DNA from: Nitrospirales bacterium
Lineage (GTDB): Bacteria > Nitrospirota > Nitrospiria > Nitrospirales > UBA8639
NCBI GenBank assembly: GCA_965203295.1
Contig: CBDBCZ010000015.1
Span: 288,001 to 352,000, forward strand
Length of the DNA stretch: 64,000 nucleotides
Direction: 5' to 3'
This document shows, piece after piece, positions 52,323-64,000 of the stretch. The translations under genes and the position numbers were made by a program. Position 1 is the stretch's first letter, and every line of letters starts with the position of its first letter. The notes under the pieces are model-generated. The model worked only from the letters and a program-made list of their open reading frames with translations, did no database searches and was not told where the DNA came from.

Positions 52323-53459
52323 TCTATTCTAGGCAAAGAAGCACGAGGATACCAGCGCATGCGAATAAACAATAATTATGCGCATAGTAATACGCTTACA
52401 CACTCCGCACGCCGTACGCAAGTCTAACTGGCGGGAATTTTGAAACTAAACAGCGCGTACTTTTAAATAATATAGCAGTAAAAGATTGGAAGTGGGCTAT
52501 TTTGATCCCCTTTAGGTTTTCATGAGTTATTAATTAAGGTGTGACACCAATGTATTCCAGGAAAAATACTACCCACATGTGCTAAGTAAAACACAATGTC
52601 TATGTGCATATCTTCATTGACTAAAAGTCTTATCTTTTGCCTCATCTACCTCATTCTGTATTTGTTCTGTGATATACCCAGCATTACACACTAGGTTGTC
52701 CATCAAGGTGATTGGAAATCCCGCACACCTTAAATGATTTTACAACAGCGACCACGTCTACACATGCGCATACTTAGATACTTACAGTTGAGACAGCTAC
52801 ATACTTAGATGTAAGCTACTTACTTAGACGTAAGCTTGCAAATATAAAGTATATGAACTTATCAGAAGGCCGAACAATATTTTCTAGCAACCAGGAAGCA
52901 TGCACTAGCTCCTTTACTGTTTTTAGTTCATGTTTGGAAAAGTCAAATTAGTAGAAGAGCTGTTTTCAGGCTGTTTCAATTGCTTGGGGGAGTTGGATTT
53001 GAGTAGGTACAAAAGTTATGCGTGTTGCATTGTGAATATGCGTGCTGTGAGGGAAGAGGTCTAGATATGCAGTTCCTCCTTCTAAACTATCAGCCATATA
53101 TCTTAACGGTTGATACACGGAGCACATATATATAGAGAAACCTTGACTGCAAGATCAAAAGTGGTTGCAAGAAAGCCTACAACAGCATATACATTGGGCC
53201 TTATATACTTCCAAGATTGTCTAAACACTGTGATAGTACTTTCACACATCTGATATAGATACGAGACTAGCTCACTAGCTCTTCTCATTATCCTCTATGA
53301 CTGAACTGTGTATAGTAACATTACAGCTGTATTTCTCAGTGTAAAAGTACACATAGAGGGAAATGTCTACTACAATTAGTTAAATCTGCCCATGCATGCA
53401 GTGTAGCATAATTTAGTTAACGGTATCGAATATCAGTAATTTTCTACTTAACCTGGTAG

Positions 53460-54146
53460 GTGAACACTGATGGATACATACATTTTGCTACAGAAGAGAT
53501 CTTCATTGCACCATTCTTAGTGAATGTGGATGCAAGGGGAACTGGAACCGTGTTCTACAGACAGACCAATTATGTTCCCCTCACGACTAGATTTGCACAG
53601 TACTTTGAGAGCATTAGTGACTTTTCTCCTGCTTCCCTCTTTATTGCTACCTGGGATGGTGTCGGCTCCTACAATAGCAACACACACTCAGTATGTCAGC
53701 AGCTAAACAAGAATTGTGAATCATTTATGTAGCTAGTATGGACTAAACAAAACGAAGGTACAAACAACTTGTCTTAAATTGATAGAGTGGACACAATGAA
53801 AATAGTGGTATAAAAGGCTAGCTTACATTTGGTGCTCCTCCCTCACTGTAGGCAAACACATTTCAGTGTGTGCTGGCAACAGACGGTGTGATCTCAGTTG
53901 TTGTGTTCTTGTATGCTGACATGCAGTGGGCAATGGCTGATTCACAAAGTCGTGGCTCAGGGTCTGGAGGGAGTGGACTCAGCGATGTGAATGATTTTGC
54001 TGCAGTTGGATTTAGTAATGGAATAGAGTTTGATGTTATTCCTGGCTCTTATACGGAGGAAATTTTACACATTAATTCGACAAGCAACATTGCAGTGCCA
54101 GGGATGTGGACATTTCGAGTGGATGGCATCAATATTGAAATTGGAG
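53460..54146 (+). pseudogene. NIDO-domain exons (53460-53690, 53852-54146), open in unit B
   Basis: In-frame and GT-AG bounded. Part of a gene whose other exons are damaged. Confidence 0.88.
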
Positions 54147-57100
54147 GTACATGTATGATATTGCTTCCTTGCCAAAAATTGCTTGGTCAGAAGTGTTCAT
54201 ATAATGTCTGTATATTGTGTTGATATTACGTACAGGATGTTATTAGTAAGTGTGCATGGACAACTGAAGAAGAAAGCAAGGCTGATATATACGTATGACA
54301 GTATGTGAAAGTAAAGCAGTTAAGAACACAAGTAGAGTGAACTAGCATTGTAAATAAGTTAGTTTCCTGTCTTAGGCAAGCTTATCAACCCACTAGTCTT
54401 TCTATTTCCATGCAGCATGGATTCGAATGAGAATGTAACCACCGGTTGAAATACTTCATTTCCTTGAGTATATTCTGTGCAGTGATTGTAAAATTGGCTT
54501 CTAACACACCTGATTAAGAGAGATTGTCTTACTTTATTTTGTTCTGTTTGCCTTAAATTGTCCTTTTACTCATGATCAGGAAACCTGCACTTGTATTAGT
54601 TGATTAGTATGTTAGTACCTACGATTGTGGTACGTATGTCCGTGTTCTTTCATGAATTGCTGTGGCAAAAGATGTTCTCTGCATTAAAGTATACGTACAT
54701 ATCATATGTACGTATATTCAAGCATTTATATATGTAGTGGTAGTGAAATAATTACTACGTATGTATCCCAAGCAACAAGGGACCATACAATGGTACATTC
54801 ACTCTGCACAAGAGTACATATTAAGCTATTCCTATAACTGCTACTTTATCTGCTTGCAGATGTTGATGAATGTGCAGACAGTAATGGAGGGTGTACTCAG
54901 TTTTGCAGCAATTCTGTTGGTAGCTTCCTCTGCTCCGGCCTGCCTGGCTATCTTCTGGACACTGATGGACTCACTTGCAATGGTATGTCCGCAGGCTGCC
55001 ATGTACATACGTACATTAAATCTTTCAGAAATATGATCATACGTACATATCTAAAAACTAGCTTCCTATTTTTAACTCTTACAATAACTATCTGTTGTTT
55101 CTGTCTGTGTCAAATGATTACACCATTACCTGTGAGATATACTACTGGGGTTTTGAAAACAAGATAATTGCATAACTTTACAGCGAATTGATATAGATAA
55201 GTGTATGAGTGCATTGGACAGCTGCAATGACCACACAGAATCTATATAGAGACGCTGATGGAAATAATTGCTGTATCTGTTTTGGTGGACATGAGGGAGA
55301 TGGTTACAACTGTAAAACAAACCAGTATGGAAGCATTTAACAATCTGGCTTCAATACCCCTACATGAATGTCCAGGAAAGCTAATACCTCTACTTTGTTT
55401 GCATATTTTGTCTCCCAGATTGCAAGAAAACAAAATTAGTGTTCTGTGGGGATACTACATTATGTAGAGTTTACAATCGCTCGACAGTAGATATAAAAAA
55501 TGGCTTGACTTACTTTAAGTCATTCTTAATCATGTTTACTATGCTTCTTGAAAGTTTCAACTAGCTGGACTCAACTATGCACTCTCTTGTGATGTAACAT
55601 GTAGCTTCATCAGGAGCTGTATTCATGGCTGTGTAGGAGTGGCACTAATTGCATAAGAATGTTTCCCATTATGATAATTATGCTGATTAGTGGGGTGGGC
55701 ACATTTTCTAATGTATCTATCCATATTTCAGAAGATTGCAGCAGCAGTCTTCAGTGCCTCTAATGAAGCTATATCAGTCTGTATTCTCTACTGCATTTCA
55801 CTCTATACAGACATCAATGAATGTGTAAGAGGCACTGATAACTGTGGCATAAATGCAATCTGCTCAGACACTGAAGGAAGCTTTAATTGTACTTGTATCA
55901 CTGGATGTGAGGGCAGTACTAGTGCTGCTTGAAAGTAACAATCTAATTGTTCTATCCTTACACACACAGAACAACACTAGACAGTAGACTACTACTTAGC
56001 TATCTTTGTTGAGTTGAATTGTTGAGAATGTAGAAACCCTCTTGAAATGTGGTACAGCAAAGACATCAAATTGCAAATCCATCTCAGTACACAAGCATAT
56101 ATATGCCCCAGAAATTCAGGGCTGCTAGGTCAAATTCTATCGCTTCTGTGCCAAAAAATGGTTCGATGGTCAACCTACAAAAACTTGATTTTTCCAAACC
56201 AATATATCCTGACACCAACAACTGATACATTGATACAAGCTCAACAAGAAACCATACATGAGCTGGTGCAAGAGTATAGGTAGCTTGGCTCATAAACAGA
56301 CAAGGACATACTACATGTAGTTACTAGCTATTTGTACTGTGACCATCACTTTCCTACAGGTCCCCGTGTTAATGCAGGCTTCACTACATGCTGTGACCCT
56401 GTGATTCAAAGAATGGCTGTTACTGTGATCATAGATTTAGAGATTGCTGTTTTGAAATACAAGCTATCAATTGCTTTCCTGGTGAGTTGTACATAATGTG
56501 TCTGGACATGTGGTTGTTCAGATTTTATGCAAGCACTTAATCAAAGCGTATGGTAGTATTCCATTTGTAAGGATAGCACAGAGAATTTGGACGCTGCATG
56601 TAACATGTATAAAATGGTGTGTTGAAAAGTCTGCTCTATATTTCAGCCAAACTTGTCATTCTTGAGTGTTTTCGTCTGTAACAAGATTGTAATGTTGCTA
56701 GAGAGCATTCCTCAAGTACCTGTTTGACATGCCCGAAGTGAATTTGCTCACTCATGGGATTGCTCAATTTATAAGGGTGGTACGGTGGCAAGACCCTAAA
56801 TTGTATCTACCTCGGTCTATATACCAGCTGTTGGCAGGCCTACAGAGCTGTCTGTGAAAAGTGATGTACTGACATTTTTCGACCACAAGGATATATGATT
56901 TCTGTCTATTCATGGCACATGTGAGATGTTTTATTGTGAACTTCACGAAAGCTGATGTTCATCACACTGCTGTAATAACATCGGAGAAGTTCTCATCTCA
57001 AGCCATCAGTAATTCCTTCCCTATGCCAAGTTTAGCATCCATAAGCACTTCACCTTCTCCTATTTTGATCTCATTTTGCAAGTATTGACTTCTTCCCCTA

Positions 57101-57672
57101 GCCACTATCAGTTCTTCCAGTGTAGTTTCATCTGCAGCCGACAGCAATCCCTCCCTCTTTGCATTATTCAGCCCATCACCACTTCTGGTTCATGAGTATA
57201 TGCATCAAAGGCTAATGTGCTGCTAAGTTCGGGTGTCCATAATACATGACAGGTATTTGTGGTCCAAGTACAAACGTTTACGTATGTGCTTTTGAAGTAT
57301 TACGTGGTATATTATAACTCATATGTGATATGAACAGTTTAAAAGCCAGTTGAGTGTGAACACTGATAATTGTAGCCATTGATCAATTCTGAAAATTATG
57401 AGAGAATTATTTTTACTTTGTGCAATGATACCAAGCCACAAAATAACATTCTTATATCCATTATTCAGACTACGGCTTATACGTATCCTATATTTGTGAA
57501 TATGGCTGGTGGGATTACGATGTGACTAGCTACAATTACCAATGCTGATGAACATGGCAATCTTGGTGTGCTGAAAGGAGTGTTGAGTCTATATATAGTG
57601 CAAGTTACTGCTAAGGATTCCAGTGTGGGGTCAGGTGCCTGTATATGATATTGTTGTGGCATGGAGGGGATT

Positions 57673-58123
57673 CAGAGGAGGTTGGACACGGTCATGTGAC
57701 ATACGCGCGTACGCTATTCTCTATAGAGATTTCTTTATAAAAGCGCTAAAGGTTTTCTCGTTAGTCTTTAAGCGTATCCCCAAGGAATAGACATCTTTCG
57801 AAAGCTCTCCCGAAGTAGATTCAGAATATCTCGCCAACCCCATTCAACCCCTGGGTAATTGCAGAACTACGGTCGTTTAAATACCTAGCTATCAGCAAGG
57901 CGAGACTACATACTGGATTCTATCTAGTAACGGAAAGATGCTGCCCGTATAGGTCTGTTCCAACCATCTTACAGCAATCTACAGGCTATTGCAGCTTTAT
58001 AACAAGCTATGCTTACCTTCTCAGTGAGCTAATTGCATGCTGGAATGCAACGTGGAATGTAATAAAGTGCAGCAAAAGGCACGTGACCGCGCACGTTAAT
58101 GAATGCGTGTCCAACCTCCTCTG
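57673..58123. mobile_element. 451-bp TIR MITE with 9-bp TSD, last copy only
   Basis: 18-bp TIR CAGAGGAGGTTGGACACG / CGTGTCCAACCTCCTCTG, TSD GAGGGGATT. Absent near 2078 and 29048. Confidence 0.92.
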
Positions 58124-59299
58124 GAGGGGATTGTGGTGTGTGTATGGTTGGCAAGATATTGATGTAGGGATGGTAGCTAATTTGTGAAAGTTCTGTGGTG
58201 TTATTCCTACCTTGTTGGTTACTTTTTTAAGGATTTATCCCTACATGCTCTTTCAAAAATTATTCCTGCTATTTTTTGGAGGAAATGCCCATTGTGTATT
58301 ATGGTTGTGTGGGCTAATGTTGAGTTGTTTTAAAGTGGAGCATATGTACGGTGCAGTACAGCGAGTGTCTGGGTTTTGTTGGGACGAACCTCCAGTAGAG
58401 TAAGTGAGAGGGTGTCCGGACAGTAGGGGTTGTCCAGACGTGTGATAAATCTCATTTCTATGGTTTTCTGCCTGCGCTTGTATGCATAGGAAGTAGACAA
58501 CAGTAGTTTGTGATACATAACAAAGGCAGACAGAAAGTCCCAGAGAATGAGGTAACCCCACCATCTGGACACCCCCTCATTTGCCCTACTTCTATTGAAT
58601 CCCATTAGAACCTATGTACTTACAGATGAGTGACTGGGTGAGTCTTTCCTTTATGCTGACACTAGTTGAAATCTGGCTACACAAGTATATGCATATGTTT
58701 TTTTCAACAGCACCTCTGGTCGGAAGCTGTTTGGACTAGTACTTGTGCAAACCATATATAATCAGCCATGTGAGTAAGTGTATTCCAGCTAAACTTCATG
58801 TAGCAGCTCAAGCCCTAGTGGGCACAATCCAGCGTAGGCGTTATTTAGACAAAGACGCGCAGTCTGTGCATGCGTATTCTAATCCATCTCCAGGAACCTG
58901 AGTTCTGGTGTCAAATAAAAATAGGCATTCCCGCATCTCGATGTGCATAATATTTCAATTTCATTAGGTCTACTCATGAAGTGTGTAGTCTGAAATTGTT
59001 GTTGAAATTTTCTAATATCAGTCTCAGTATAAAGATTAATAAATGCACTTACACAAAACAAAACATAAACTTGCATGGAATGGTCAGCAGATGCACGAAA
59101 ATGGATATAAAATACCATGTATCAGGTACAGGAGAATTTAGATTTATACACTAAGCCAACAACTGCATTTGTGGCACTATACCATGTTTGAGTCATAAGA
59201 CACTGGCACACACAGTGCACATATATAAACAGGTGCTTCTTGGTGTTCCTGGTTACAGCATCTACTGTAGATGGTGGAAACAAAAAGAAAGCTGCCTAT

Positions 59300-60324
59300 G
59301 CTCGATGCAGGCTCTAATTTGCCATCCTTTCTCTGCTTTTGTGCTGTATTCTACAATAGCACCTGTGTTTCTACCATGATATCATCTAGGTGATGCTTCC
59401 TGTCATATGCTTCCTTTTGTTTCTTTTGTGCCCAAGAGGTGTGACTCTCTACCTTCGTGAACACTCTCTCTCTTGACTCAAGCAGAGCCTGGACAGCTGT
59501 ATCAACATCTAGTGCATTCTTGTCAGGTGTGTTTGATGGAGATAGCACTTCTTGTCAATCGGGAGCCTCATGTGCTGCTGGAAGAGTATGTAATAGGGAG
59601 AATGCTTCGTGGAGGCTTGGAAGGAAGCTCGATAACCCATCAGGACCGTATCGATCTTTTCATCCCAGTTGATCTGGTCATCATTGCACACCTTGGCCAA
59701 GCATTGTGATTAGAGCGCTCAGTAAGCCCATTGGTCTGCAAAAAAAGCCATTACAAGGGTAAGTGTACTAGCTGTTGCTAATATAGAATGTAATTAGTAA
59801 AATTAATTAGTGAGTATTTGTAATACCTGTCAGTGGTATGCACTAGTACTCCTGTGATCTGTTTTGGTGATGGAATACAACTCCGCTGACAGCTCATTTA
59901 CGAACTCTCTTCCTTGATCTGTTATCAGGGCCTCGGGGCTGCCTAATGTACAGATCACCTGTAGAAGGGAAAACATGTGACAGTATGATCCACTTTTGAC
60001 TGTCATTTAAAAAGTAGCTGTCAAGTCTAGCTGTCTGTGAATACTTTATGCAAAGTTTGCCTGCATTCAATACTTACAGAATAGATGAAATTGGTAATAC
60101 CATCTGCATGCTTTGATGGGAGTGGTGCTGCTTCTGCCCACTTGGAAAAGTAGTTGGTGAGTGTGGCAATGTATTTGTTGCCTCGAGGTGTCTCAGGTAA
60201 AGGCCCTATCAAGTCCATCCCAAGCTGATGGAAAATGTTGGGCTTCACAGGGATTGGGCGCAGCCCTCCCACAGCCTTCTTCAGCTTCTTGTTGCCGCGT
60301 CGGCAATGATCACATGATTCTACC
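59300..60324 (-). pseudogene. Intron-containing Gypsy-like integrase (Ginger/GIN-type), decayed
   Basis: CDHC, GMDLIGPLPETPRGNKYI, FSKWAEA, ITDQGREF, TSAYH*Q|TNGLTER and STKHSPY. GT-AG introns at 60077-59959 and 59826-59736. Confidence 0.85.
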
Positions 60325-60599
60325 TCATTTAAAAGGAATTTTGTTAAGCTTGTTATCTGCATAGAAGATAAGTGTAGATGAAGGAGACTTTCTTTTTTCC
60401 ACCTTTGTAATACTCCCTCTGATATCTCTCTCAATCAATCTTATATTAACTCTATTGCTTTGTGGATTTCTGCTCACTACCTTACCATTAATATACACTT
60501 AATATAAGACCAATAACATGTTCATTTCTTTTAAACCTGCATCTTTCTTCTCTTCCTTCCCCTTCCTGTACCTTAATGGATCTCTTCTTGACCAAGTCT

Positions 60600-61534
60600 C
60601 CTCTTTCTACGATGAGCTCAGCAGAAGTAGATCTGAGATCTGTCTGAAGAGTACGTGGGGTGCTGTCTGTGCTGATACATGGACAACCAAGATGCCTCTG
60701 TCTTCTGTAGACAGCTGGGATTCTCTCCGAATGGTTGGTGAACTACGTTTTATCTCTTATTCATTTATAGCTAACAATGAATAACTTTCTTTGCAGGTGC
60801 AGTTGCTGTACACACCAACTCCTATAGTGACTCTAGTGTTTCAGCACACTTGGCAAATGTTAACTGCACTGGAGATGAGTTAGCATTGCTGGGCTGCTCC
60901 TACAACATTGCAGACTCTGATGTCTGTCAAACACTAAATGATGCTGAAGTTGTCTGCCAAGGTACGTATGGCTGTGTATATTGTCTAAGTAGTGAAGCAG
61001 GTGTAACTATATGGACTTGCAGGTCCTTTGGAGAGTACATGTTGAGATAATTATGTTCAGTACATACACTATATACATTTGAATAGAATGTGTACCGAGT
61101 AAGTATTGCATGCAAGTAGAGATGCGTATGTAATGGTTACAAGTAAGTACGTCTGAGTAATGGTAGCAATGTTTGGGAGGGTCCTGTCGAAATCTGCATC
61201 AGCAATGCCTGGGGCACTGTCTGTGATAATATCTTTAGCAGAGATGACTCCGTCGTCATTTGTCACCAGCTTGGATTTTCTCGGAAAGGTCAGCATTTAG
61301 GGGTTTATGACAGTCAGTGTAGAAATTCACCTATAGGGATGAACTATTGAAGTTAGTGCATTGTTTCAAGAGATGCATGTGTATTTGGAATGGGAAGTGG
61401 TCCTATCTTCTTGGATCAAGTAAACTGCATAGGAAATAAATCGAACATTTTGTATTGCGACATGTTTTCTCCCATTGGTGACAATGGACCACACATGTGT
61501 GACCATACCCAAGATGCTGGTGTCCGATGTGAAG
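60600..61534 (+). pseudogene. SRCR-domain exons (~60600-60733, 60797-60961, ~61373-61534)
   Basis: WGAVCAD.W..QDASVFCRQLGF (frameshifted), LANVNCTGDELALLGC...DAEVVC, and GSGPIFLDQVNCIG...CDHTQDAGVRC. Confidence 0.88.
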
Positions 61535-61733
61535 GTAGGCATGTACTCTGTATGGAATTTGTACCACAAAGTTGGATGTTACCACTGACATATGTATGCA
61601 CTTCCTGACCCTACATACATAATAAATCTCTCACTACACTGAATATGCATACCTACATACATACGTAGTTGGATCACAGCTGTAAACCAAAGACTAGCTT
61701 AACAGCTATGTAATGTATTTATGCACCTTTCAG

Positions 61734-62549
61734 ACATCGATGAGTGTGAAGACAACAATGGAGGATACAGTCAGATCTGCACTAACATTATTTAAAGCTT
61801 TGAATGCAGTTGTAACAATGGCTACCAGCTAGTGGACACTTTCTCATGCATCGGTATGCTTTAATAATAATACGTGTTTTGCCGTGATGTGGACACATAA
61901 CCCTTCGTCTTCAAATACTCTGGTAGATATTAATGAATGCTTGGATGGGAATGGTGGATGTGAAGTTATCACTTCCACCAGTTACGTAGCATACCTAGCA
62001 TTACTAGACTACACTACTGTCATAGTAGATGTGTATTCCTTGTGTTTTCTTGCAGACATCGACGAGTGTGAGAATGATAATGCTGGCTGTGCCCAGTTGT
62101 GTAACAATACCATTGGAAATTCTGTGTGTGACTGTTATTCTGGGTATCTGCTTGATGAAGATGAATTTGCTTGCTATGATAATGCTAGTTCTAAACACCA
62201 GAGTAGCATTACAACCTGTTCGTATTATGATCACTGATTTAAATAATAGGTGAATGTGCAGAAAGTTTGGATGACTGCCATAGTGATGCTTTCTGCACAA
62301 ACACTGATGGTGGTTTCTTCTGCACCTGCAATACTGGATATGAAACAGATTGTTCAAGTAAGTACGCACACTCATACGTAATTCCATGTCTTCTTGATGG
62401 ATAATGTAGTGTATCTTTTTGCTATATAGATATCAACGAATGCACTAAGATGCACATCAGTCATCCCAATGCAACCTACATCGATACCATAGGGAGTTTT
62501 GAATGCACCTGCAATGCAGGTTATGAAGGAGATGGAGCCGTGTGCAACA
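61734..62549 (+). pseudogene. Five calcium-binding EGF exons, several damaged
   Basis: DIDECEDNNGG (internal TAA), DINECLDGNGGC (truncated), DIDECENDNAGCAQLCNN, ECAESLDDCHSDAFCTNTDG and DINECTK...CNAGYEGDGAVC. Confidence 0.88.
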
Positions 62550-62869
62550 GTAAGTACATATTGTGAAGGAAATGGTCCCTCTTAGAAATGTGGAATGTTA
62601 ATCTGAGCAGTCACTGCAAATATTAAGTAATATTACCCATCTACCTACATATGTGCATATATGGGACATGCAGCTTTACAAACTTCAACTATTAGCGTAC
62701 AATCAGTTCTGACTCTAATGATTTGCCTGGTCCTTGGTTGAAATGTAATAACATGATGTGGTCTGCACATTTTCATTTTTCCTATCCAACCTCTGCAATA
62801 AATTACGTAGCAGTGCAATTGTTGTGGCCAATATGAGCCAGGGAAACATTTCAACCTTCATAAATGGTA

Positions 62870-64000
62870 AAGTAATTTAATACGTGTATTGAATGGCTTG
62901 GAATTTATCCCTCAAGTAAAACTTGTAATGCCATAAATAACTTTCCACATCCTACCCCTAACCCAAGTTCCCATCACTTAAACCATAAGCCATCATGCCA
63001 AACTATAAGGATTTCCTTCCCCCATTCTACTTGCATGATTTTATTTAGAGTAAAAATGTTATAAGCACAACTACTTTTCTCTCTAAATCCACCTGACCCT
63101 CATGAACAGCCCTTTCTGATTCTAGTCTGATTACTTTGTGATTTCTTGCAAGACAGTTTCCTACCTCACTCAATAGACTGTGTAATGCCTCTGTAATAAC
63201 CCGGGTCCTCAGCATCACCATTCTTAACAATTAACCCTTGTCTCCATTTTTTGGAACACTCCCCTCCATCCAAACTACATGTACTTCATATAAGACTTTC
63301 AACAGATTAGCCATTCCTTGCCATCGTATTTAAAAAGCCCCCCAGTTATCCTATCATTACATGTACCTCCTGTTTCATTATTCTTAAGGTTTTAGAACAC
63401 TTTTTCATGTCTGCAAAACCATGTAATCACCCTATCCTTAACCTTTTCCTTCTGTAAACATTTCACTATACTCTGTCACTTTCTTTTCTACATGCTCTCT
63501 CCAGCTATCATCAAACTCCTCATCTACAGTTGCTGTACCCAACCTTTCATAATGCTCATGTAATACTTCCAACTTTCCCTTAGTACTGGTTATGCATGAA
63601 CTTGAAGTACTCCTCAAGAAGCAACGATTACCCTTCGAAGTCTTGCCAACAGAAGCCCAAAACTCTTTGCTGTTTTTCATAAAAAACTTTATTCCAATTT
63701 GCCTCATTAACCTAATCTCACCATCCCACCCACCTCGCCGCTTTACCACACACTGTCACCTTTTCTTTAATTCTTTTGCTACCCTCTTTACTATATACAT
63801 GTACTGGGTATCTTCCCAATCCTGAGCCACTGCTTTCACTAATTCAAATCCCCTCAACCCCTGGGTTTTCCATTGGTGTACCCTTTCCTGAAACCCTTCT
63901 ACTTTTATACTTAAGGCCTCCTGATACTTCTGTCTCACTTCCTCATCCTGAAACTGTTCATTTCTTAATCACCTGCTTGTGTTGTTTAGTGGTTTTCACA
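62870..64000 (-). mobile_element. LINE ORF2 fragment (linker and N-terminal RT), decayed, runs off the window
   Basis: NSKEFWAS, HYERLG, GDAEDPGYYRGIT, HEGQ and LWFK*WELG motifs. Confidence 0.8.

Larger units (their letters stand above)
29760..58830. repeat. Tandem segmental duplication unit B (~29 kb)
   Basis: Same order of ORFs and exons as unit A. The extra length comes from copy-specific insertions. Unique sequence follows. Confidence 0.93.

Noticed and set aside
2785..58830. Whole unit as one giant transposon
   Set aside because: No TIR, TSD or Helitron end at the boundaries, and the boundaries cut host genes.

Overview
Eukaryotic, AT-rich, CpG-poor animal DNA with short GT-AG introns. 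A demosponge or similar marine invertebrate is inferred from the domain content and transposon types, not proven. Most of the window is a head-to-tail array of a ~27-29 kb unit: the end of one unit (1-~2784), unit A (~2785-29759) and unit B (~29760-58830), then unique sequence. Each unit holds an intact orphan terminal exon (GKKCPSC...EVADFLGF*), non-LTR retrotransposon relics, a decayed multi-exon minus-strand gene of unknown type (about 15 exons, possible Ulp1-like tail), a spliced piggyBac transposase pseudogene with an RGG-rich exon, and the NIDO, EGF and SMB-like exons of a mosaic extracellular-protein pseudogene. The SRCR and further EGF exons of that gene continue only after the last unit. 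Aligning the copies gives exact empty and filled sites for five copy-specific elements: two rolling-circle (Helitron/Helentron-type) elements, two TIR MITEs (5-bp and 9-bp TSD) and a double-hairpin element without TIRs. The unique tail has an intron-containing Gypsy-like integrase (Ginger-type) relic and a LINE fragment. I found no CRISPR array, rRNA or tRNA, and no intact novel system is proven. The best leads are the unknown multi-exon gene next to piggyBac, the double-hairpin family and the phase-compatible fusion junction. Exon borders and translations were read by eye.
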